A stretch of 32,000 nt of DNA from Promethearchaeum syntrophicum (GTDB lineage Archaea > Asgardarchaeota > Lokiarchaeia > Sigyniarchaeales > Promethearchaeaceae). The DNA lies in assembly GCF_008000775.2 (NCBI RefSeq), contig NZ_CP042905.2:1950001-1982000 (forward strand), given 5' to 3'. Under the pieces are notes generated by a model. The model did not search any database. It had not been told where the DNA came from and saw nothing but the letters and a program-made list of their open reading frames with translations. Of the stretch, positions 25,705 to 32,000 are shown piece after piece; the stretch's first letter is position 1; the number at the start of each line of letters is the position of its first letter. Position numbers and translations under genes: made by a program.

Positions 25705-27510
25705 TTATAAGAGTCTATGGCCATCTTTTGTTTTAACGGCAAATTTCTCAACCATCTTTAACAAGACAGAATCATTACTCGGAACAGAACCTTCTAATAT
25801 TTTAAAAACTTCATAATTTGCTTCGTTAAGAAGCCTATCAATTTCATCCTCAGATAATTGTTTTCGATCATCTCGATATTGATAAGCAATTTCAAATTTA
25901 TTTCTTTTATAGTAATTATAAAGTAAATCGACCTTCTCTTCAATAAACAATTCCTTTTCAGCTTTTTTGATATGTTGAAATGACGCTATATAGCTACCCA
26001 TATCTTCATACCATTCTTTTTCTAAATCCTCGTTCACTGTCAAGTTATACCATATATTTCCTTCATCTAAATAATATCCTGATCCCCAATATGTCATGGT
26101 TTTATGAACCTCTTGGGATATGCAATCTCTTAATAATTGCATTCCTTTAGATGAGAGTTCAAATTTGTTTTTATGTCCTGCATGTACAGCTATATAAATC
26201 AAAGTTAGCATTTTTTGAAGTTTTGAACGGGATAATCCTAAGAAATTAGTTATAGTAGTGTTATAAATCGATAAATCACATTCATCTATTATTTCAGGAA
26301 ATCCTTCAAATGAATAAATTAGGGATTTTTCAATTCTGAGAGTTGAAAAAATATTACTCAAACCTTCAAAAGAATGAATTTCACACTTTAAAATATCTAT
26401 TTTTAAGTTTCCTCCTATTTCTATTGGAAATCCTACAAAACTCGATATTTTGCAGTATTCAAACTGAAATCTAGTCAAATAGGGCATTTTTTGAGCTAAA
26501 CCGGTTAAATTTTCAAAAAACCTACCAGAAATTTTTAAAATATTCAGACTAGGTAAATTAGGAAATTTATTTATCTGGATGAAATATTTTGGTTTTATAG
26601 GAAGAGCTATTGAAGGATGAAAGGATGAACCAATATAGATTTTTTTTATGTTTGGAAGAATCTTGGATAACGTATCAAAGTCTTGAACTTTACCACTTAT
26701 TTCTAGTAATTCTAATCTATCTAAATTTTTTGGGAATTTATCTAGTGATCGCAGTGATACTCTAAATTCAGATAAGGATGGGAGGGGTTGATCTAACCAA
26801 CCAAGATTTCCAATACTATTTCTGGAAATGTCGAGATATTCCAAATGATTTAGGTTACGGGGTAAAAATTTTAAAGATCTGATTTTTGAAGAGCGAATTA
26901 CCAGTTTTCTTAATTTGGGTATTTTTTTAGGAAAAAATTTTAAACTTCTTATTTTTAAATAATTATATTCTCCTTCAAATATCAATTGTTCTAACTCAGG
27001 AAATTCTTCACATATGTATTCAAGAGAATTTAGAGCCGAATTAGTGATTGTGAGTTTTTTTAACTTGGGTAATTTTTTTGGAAAATGTTTAAAGGATTTT
27101 ATATTAGAAGAACCAATTTTTAGTTCTCTTAGCTCCGGTAAGATTGTGGGAAAATTCAAAAAGGTATTAAAATATTGACATTCTATAATAAAACTTTTTA
27201 AATTGGGAAAAACGAATTGATTTCCAAACAAATTATCTGATTTATTTCTTTCAGGAAAAAAGCGATCTAATGTGGTTTGATTTTGATAATCAAAGGATTT
27301 TAATTCCCAGCTTTTAATTTCTAGATGCTCTAAATTGAGAAGTGGACTAGGGAAGTATTTTAGAGTTTTCAATTTTCTGCAATCTAGTATAAAAGATCGC
27401 AAATTTGGCATTCTTGAGGGAAATCCTTCTAAAGTTTCGATTTCTTTATTTTCAAAGATTAATTTTTCAACATCGGAAGGAATTTCATTTATGTCCTTTA
27501 CATACACCAT
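25705..27510 (-). CDS. Leucine-rich-repeat protein with distinct C-terminal helical domain
   Basis: 601 aa; recurring units such as FPKKLPKLKKLTITNSALNSLEY, IPKLRKLVIRSSKIRSLKFLP, LNHLEYLDISRNSIGNLGWL. The last ~170 aa are non-LRR. Confidence 0.85.
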   Translation of the reverse strand: MVYVKDINEIPSDVEKLIFENKEIETLEGFPSRMPNLRSFILDCRKLKTLKYFPSPLLNLEHLEIKSWELKSFDYQNQTTLDRFFPERNKSDNLFGNQFVFPNLKSFIIECQYFNTFLNFPTILPELRELKIGSSNIKSFKHFPKKLPKLKKLTITNSALNSLEYICEEFPELEQLIFEGEYNYLKIRSLKFFPKKIPKLRKLVIRSSKIRSLKFLPRNLNHLEYLDISRNSIGNLGWLDQPLPSLSEFRVSLRSLDKFPKNLDRLELLEISGKVQDFDTLSKILPNIKKIYIGSSFHPSIALPIKPKYFIQINKFPNLPSLNILKISGRFFENLTGLAQKMPYLTRFQFEYCKISSFVGFPIEIGGNLKIDILKCEIHSFEGLSNIFSTLRIEKSLIYSFEGFPEIIDECDLSIYNTTITNFLGLSRSKLQKMLTLIYIAVHAGHKNKFELSSKGMQLLRDCISQEVHKTMTYWGSGYYLDEGNIWYNLTVNEDLEKEWYEDMGSYIASFQHIKKAEKELFIEEKVDLLYNYYKRNKFEIAYQYRDDRKQLSEDEIDRLLNEANYEVFKILEGSVPSNDSVLLKMVEKFAVKTKDGHRLL

Positions 27511-27851
27511 ATTTTTTTTCCTTTGAATTTTTGATACAATGAAATATCTATAACGAAATATTTAAAGTTAACATTAGGAAATTGATTGAAAAATTTTTTA
27601 ATTATTGGTGGTAACCGCTTGGAAAAATCATAGGTCTTAAAATTAAACTAGGTATTACATTTAATCTTCTTATATTTATACAACGAGAGCAAGTGTTGGT
27701 TTAAATCTTCCGCATAAGGTTGTGTTTCTTAGATTTTTTTCTTTTGCATTCTTTTAAGATCGGGTATAGAAAACACTGATTGATATTCGGCAAATATTGA
27801 AATTCCAATTAATAGAGATTTTAAATGTTATTGGAGTATAATATAATTGTA

Positions 27852-28526
27852 ATGGTTGATAAAAAGAAGAAAAAAACCTCTGAAGATGAAGATAATCCTT
27901 TTGGAGATGAATTTTTTAAGATATTGAATGATCAAATGCGGAAGATTTTTGAGACACAGTTTCCAGGAGTAATGCCTCCGAATTTTGATGCAAATAATAA
28001 GGTTTTTCAGAAGATGTTCTATGAAATCTTGAAAAAAATGAATATGGATCCTGAAATGATCAAAAATATGGACCCTAAAGATCTTCAAGACATGTTAAAG
28101 AAGAATCCTATGGCTTTTGGAAGCCCATATGTTTTTGGTATGAATATGCGGATTTCTCCTGATGGAAAACCTGTTATGGATAGCTTTGGTAGTACTCAAC
28201 CAAAAGCAAAGGATTCAGAGGAATTCAAAAGTGAAAGAGATCCTATGGTTGATATTTATGAAGAAGAGGGTAATATCATAGTTGTTTGTGAGGTTCCTGG
28301 AGTCACAAAATCTCAAATTGAATTAAAGGCGTCTCCTAATGAACTTGAAATATTAGCTGAAGCATCCGAAAAAGGACACCACCAAAGGAAATATCATAAA
28401 ATTATCGCGCTTCCTGCAGAAATAAATCCCGACGTAGCAAAAGCGAGATACATGAACGGAATTTTGGAAGTGAAACTTGAGAAAATTGAGCAAAAGTCCT
28501 CAAAGAAGAAAATCGATATTGAATAA
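27852..28526 (+). CDS. Hsp20/alpha-crystallin family small heat shock protein
   Basis: C-terminal PMVDIYEEEGNIIVVCEVPGVTKSQIELKASPNELEILAE...GILEVKLEK. Start chosen at MVDKKKKKTSED (27852) instead of the track start at 27825. Confidence 0.88.
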   Translation: MVDKKKKKTSEDEDNPFGDEFFKILNDQMRKIFETQFPGVMPPNFDANNKVFQKMFYEILKKMNMDPEMIKNMDPKDLQDMLKKNPMAFGSPYVFGMNMRISPDGKPVMDSFGSTQPKAKDSEEFKSERDPMVDIYEEEGNIIVVCEVPGVTKSQIELKASPNELEILAEASEKGHHQRKYHKIIALPAEINPDVAKARYMNGILEVKLEKIEQKSSKKKIDIE

Positions 28527-28537
28527 TAAAAGTGGTT

Positions 28538-28990
28538 TTATTTTTTTCCCGCCAAAGGATTCTGAGCATTATTTAATATTATACTCGCTAACTCCTTTTT
28601 TAAACGAAAATATTCTGCTAATGCCTCTTCTTTAGACATTCTGGGATATCTCCTTTTGAGAGCAGGATCTCTTCTATTACATCCGCTTTTCCTCATACAA
28701 CAATAAGCTAATGAACCAAAACAACATCCATCATCAAACCATTTATGTTTTTCCGAGAATTTTTCCTTTATATTAATAAATTCATGGGCACTCATTCCAA
28801 TTTCTTTAAGTTTTGTATCCCTGAGACATTTATAGCCGAATGTCAGCGAAGATCCAGGTTTACAACAAAATGTTAATGCTCGAAGATCTCCGCCCATACA
28901 AATTGGAACAGGGGCATTTTCCCAAGATGGAACGTTTCTTAAGAAATTTTTATTGATATTTTGGTTTGTAATGGAATTCATACCTTTCAA
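28538..28990 (-). CDS. Cysteine-rich protein resembling methanogenesis marker 9 domain proteins
   Basis: 150 aa; VPICMGGDLRALTFCCKPG...CLRD...GMSAHEFINIKEKF...CCFGSLAYCCMRKSGCNRRD. Paired Cys clusters recur; family name recalled from motif pattern only. Confidence 0.6.
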   Translation of the reverse strand: MKGMNSITNQNINKNFLRNVPSWENAPVPICMGGDLRALTFCCKPGSSLTFGYKCLRDTKLKEIGMSAHEFINIKEKFSEKHKWFDDGCCFGSLAYCCMRKSGCNRRDPALKRRYPRMSKEEALAEYFRLKKELASIILNNAQNPLAGKK

Positions 28991-29059
28991 ATATTGAAAA
29001 TTAGTTATTACAGTTAAATTCTATTAGTTTTTATATATCTATAATACTATAACTTATAT

Positions 29060-29263
29060 ATGCCTACCACAATACAGATAAAAAAAACAACACTGACTAA
29101 ATTGAAAAAACTAAAAGAGGAAAAAAATGTGAATAGTTATGATGAAGTTATTGAGGCATTGATTCAAAATGAATTAAACTTACCCAAAAGTCTCCTTGGT
29201 TTTATGAAACATGGAACAAGTTCATTCACGCGAGATATTGAGGACAAAGATCATGAATTATAA
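29060..29263 (+). CDS. VapB-like antitoxin (ribbon-helix-helix-like N-terminus)
   Basis: 67 aa; MPTTIQIKKTTLTKLKKLKEEKNVNSYDEVIEALI, overlaps a PIN-domain ORF. Confidence 0.75.
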   Translation: MPTTIQIKKTTLTKLKKLKEEKNVNSYDEVIEALIQNELNLPKSLLGFMKHGTSSFTRDIEDKDHEL

Positions 29264-29720
29264 GTACGTTCTAGATTCATTTGCTTGGGTTGAGTATGCA
29301 ATAGGTTCTAATATGGGTGAATTTGTGGAATTTTTGTTAAATAATGCAGATTGTTTTACTCCGACAATTGTTATTGCTGAATTATCAGATAAGTTTCATC
29401 GAGAAAATCAATTGAAAGATTGGATGCTTTTATATAAATTTATCAAAAATGCTACTCAGACCATACCTCTTAGTGATAATCTTGCTTTTCAAAGTGGACA
29501 ACAAAAAACAAAACTCAGAGAAAATCAACACACCGGAGAAAAAAAAATTGGACTTGCAGATGCAATTATCTATCAAACATCTTTAAATCAAGAAGCAAAA
29601 TTAGTAAGTGGGGATGACCACTTTAGAAATATAAAAAATGTACTCTATTTAAAGAATATGGCAAAAATAAAACAAGAAATGAAAAAAATCAAAGAATTTA
29701 AGCTAAGGAATAATCATTAA
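29253..29720 (+). CDS. VapC-like PIN-domain ribonuclease
   Basis: YVLDSFAWVEY, TIVIAELSDK, GLADAIIYQ, LVSGDDHF give the acidic PIN residues. Start MNYKYVLDS at 29253 overlaps the antitoxin 3' end by 11 bp. Confidence 0.85.
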   Translation: MNYKYVLDSFAWVEYAIGSNMGEFVEFLLNNADCFTPTIVIAELSDKFHRENQLKDWMLLYKFIKNATQTIPLSDNLAFQSGQQKTKLRENQHTGEKKIGLADAIIYQTSLNQEAKLVSGDDHFRNIKNVLYLKNMAKIKQEMKKIKEFKLRNNH

Positions 29721-29799
29721 ATATTTTAAAAAACACTCAAAAAAATTTTTTTTTGGATTTTTTATTAAAGTTATAAGTTCCCAAAAGGAATTTATTTTT

Positions 29800-31512
29800 A
29801 TGGTTAAAATAGTTCGAATTAATTTAGAAACTAAGAAAATTGAAATTGAACCCATTGAAAGAGGGCATCTATATGAATTCTATGGTGGACGATCTCTTTC
29901 TGCAAAAATTATGTTAGATGAAGTCGATCCGAAAGTAGATCCGTTATCAAAAGAGAACAAATTAATATTTGCTTCGGGGTTATTGGGTGGCACATTTGCT
30001 CCAAATTCAGGTAGATTTTCTATTGGTAGTAAAAGCCCACTTACAAGAGGTATAAAAGAAGCTAATGTTGGGGGACTTGCTCCCACGCTTTTATGTAAGA
30101 CTGGCATAAAAGCAATTATTTTTGAGGGAAAAGCATCCAATTGGCAGTTATTGAAAATCGAAGATGAGAAAATCGAATTAATTAATGCCGACCCTTATAT
30201 TGGAATGAATAATTATGAATTAGATTTAGAACTTTCTAAGCGATATGAAGGCAAAATTGGTGTTTTTAGTATCGGAATTGCAGGAGAGAAGCAATTAAAA
30301 GCTGCTTCAATTGCTTCCATGGATCTTGAAGGATATCCTTCACGTCATGCAGGAAGAGGAGGTTTAGGGGCTGTAATGGGATCAAAAAAGTTGAAAGCGG
30401 TAGTCATAATTCAACCGAAAAAAAACCAAATTAGTTATCATGATAAAAAATCTTTCCAACAAGTTGCATTAAAATGGGGAAAACACCTTCAAGAAACTAA
30501 AAAAGGATTCTCCAAATTTGGAACGTTAATGGGATTAATGACGATGGATAGTGTACATGGTCTACCAACTCAGAATTTCCGAAGCGGCTCTTTTAAAGAT
30601 GCAGAAAAAATCTCAGGGGAAGCTTTACACGAATATCTATTGCAAAATAATGGAAAATTTAGTGTTTCTTGTAGCCCGGGATGCATGATTCGGTGTTCTA
30701 ATATCGTTTTTGATAAGAAAGGAAACCATATCACATCTAGTTTAGAGTATGAAACTGTTGCACTAAATGGTTCAAATTTACTAATTAATGATATCGAAAA
30801 ACTTGCAATTATTGATCATATTTGCGATGATTTAGGTTTGGATACAATTGAAGTTGGAAACACATTAGCCGTTTTTATGGAGACCGGAATTATTAAATGG
30901 GGTGATGCAGATGGTTGTATTGCTTTACTTAAACAAATAAACAACGAGGATAAAAATGCTTTACTTCTTGGAGATGGTGCTGTTGCAGCAGGATCCGCAT
31001 TTAATGTTACACGTGTTGCACAAGTTAAAGGTCAAGGGCTACCTGGGTATGATCCTCGTACATTTAAAGGAATGGGAGTTACTTTTTTAACAAGTCCAAT
31101 GGGGGCAGATCATACAGCGGGAGCTGCAATTGTCAGTCGAACTCCTGATTCGGACCTTGATTACGGAAAGCTTCATACTCCTAAAAATAAGGTAGAATTG
31201 TCAAAAAAATTGCAAATTTTTACGATGATTCTTGATTCTATGGGACAGTGCTATTTTATCGGACCCCATATTAAAAATATGCCAAAAATTGCTGAAATGC
31301 TAAATGCTCGATTTGGATGGAACTTAAGCACAGAAGATTTAATAGATATGGGAAAAAAATGGCTGGTTATTGAACGCGATTTCAATGTCAAGGCTGGTTT
31401 AGGTGCTACGGATAATTTCCCTGCGTTTATTCAAGAAGAAACTCTTCAAGATCTACCAAATAGATCATGGGACATTGAACCAAAAGAAATATTATCCTTT
31501 TGGGAAAAATAA
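29800..31512 (+). CDS. aor: Tungsten-dependent aldehyde:ferredoxin oxidoreductase
   Basis: 570 aa; YGGRSLSAKIMLDEVD, GRFSIGSKSPLTRGIKEANVGG, RHAGRGGLGAVMGSKKLKAVV, SCSPGCMIRCSN cluster ligands, ILDSMGQCYF distal Cys. Confidence 0.95.
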   Translation: MVKIVRINLETKKIEIEPIERGHLYEFYGGRSLSAKIMLDEVDPKVDPLSKENKLIFASGLLGGTFAPNSGRFSIGSKSPLTRGIKEANVGGLAPTLLCKTGIKAIIFEGKASNWQLLKIEDEKIELINADPYIGMNNYELDLELSKRYEGKIGVFSIGIAGEKQLKAASIASMDLEGYPSRHAGRGGLGAVMGSKKLKAVVIIQPKKNQISYHDKKSFQQVALKWGKHLQETKKGFSKFGTLMGLMTMDSVHGLPTQNFRSGSFKDAEKISGEALHEYLLQNNGKFSVSCSPGCMIRCSNIVFDKKGNHITSSLEYETVALNGSNLLINDIEKLAIIDHICDDLGLDTIEVGNTLAVFMETGIIKWGDADGCIALLKQINNEDKNALLLGDGAVAAGSAFNVTRVAQVKGQGLPGYDPRTFKGMGVTFLTSPMGADHTAGAAIVSRTPDSDLDYGKLHTPKNKVELSKKLQIFTMILDSMGQCYFIGPHIKNMPKIAEMLNARFGWNLSTEDLIDMGKKWLVIERDFNVKAGLGATDNFPAFIQEETLQDLPNRSWDIEPKEILSFWEK

Positions 31513-31566
31513 TCACACAATGTTTTTAGAGAAATATATTTAAGTATATCATCCGAAATATATTAT

Positions 31567-32000
31567 ATGGCCACAACCGTCTTTTTACAAGTCTATTTGA
31601 TATATGGTTTGATTTTTATAATGTTTTCTTACTTTGCGATTAAAGCGTTGATTAGAACACGCAATAGGATATCGATTACTTTGTCTCTTGTTTTCATAAT
31701 TCCTGCTTTGGGAATATTGACAAATATTTTATATAGAGCTATTGATACCTACCAGTTTAATTTAATTGGAAATAAAATCACAATCATTTTATCTTGTTTG
31801 GGATTAATAAATATTTATTTCTTCGTTGAACTCGTTAGCAAATCACAAGCTAGTTTTCCAATATGGAAGCAAATCTTAATATTTGTAATCTATGCTGTAT
31901 TATTATCCGTTTTATTCTTTATACCAAACGGAGTTGAGTTTGAATACAATGGTGTTCCGGGAATAGATGGATATAATAATCGGGATACCATTGATTTAGA
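31567..32000 (+). CDS. Partial multi-pass membrane protein (runs off window end)
   Basis: ATG at 31567, open to 32000: MATTVFLQVYLIYGLIFIMFSYFAIKALIRTRNRISITLSLVFIIPALGILTNILYRAID... with four hydrophobic helices. Missing from the ORF track because it has no stop in the window. Confidence 0.75.
   Translation, partial: MATTVFLQVYLIYGLIFIMFSYFAIKALIRTRNRISITLSLVFIIPALGILTNILYRAIDTYQFNLIGNKITIILSCLGLINIYFFVELVSKSQASFPIWKQILIFVIYAVLLSVLFFIPNGVEFEYNGVPGIDGYNNRDTIDL

Noticed and set aside
27511-27824. tRNA or structured RNA in the large intergenic gaps
   Set aside because: Scanned by eye for a T-loop GGTTCRA and acceptor pairing; no convincing cloverleaf seen. A tRNAscan/Infernal run would settle it.
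27828-28088. Antisense ORF of 86 aa in the Hsp20 gene
   Set aside because: Shadow ORF; His/Phe-rich without domain signal.
29880-30140. Antisense ORF of 86 aa in AOR
   Set aside because: Covered by strongly supported AOR coding sequence.

Overview
This AT-rich, gene-dense archaeal window most resembles an Asgard (Promethearchaeota/Loki-like) genome. That placement is inferred from a longin-like protein, a roadblock plus small-GTPase fusion, leucine-rich-repeat proteins, an archaeal PhoU/AbrB-type protein and a tungsten aldehyde:ferredoxin oxidoreductase. I can support about 23 complete CDSs and two partial CDSs at the window edges that the ORF track omits. I saw no rRNA, tRNA, CRISPR array, transposase or clear phage module. 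The main candidates for a second look are: (1) one ORF fusing an N-terminal roadblock/LC7-like domain to a complete Ras/Rab/Rag-like GTPase, followed by two unassigned ORFs that overlap each other; (2) a GH2 beta-glucuronidase-like protein in which both catalytic glutamates appear to be replaced (NE to SD, and ITEYG to ISKFG); (3) a same-strand PAP2 phosphatase, longin-like and 6-TM membrane protein cluster; (4) a P-loop ATPase with BrxD/Orc-like features and a C-terminal domain possibly related to a degenerate PD-(D/E)XK fold; (5) a cysteine-rich protein resembling methanogenesis marker 9 near a VapBC-like pair and an AOR; (6) an LRR protein whose C-terminus may be truncated. All family assignments are from motif reading; no database search was run.
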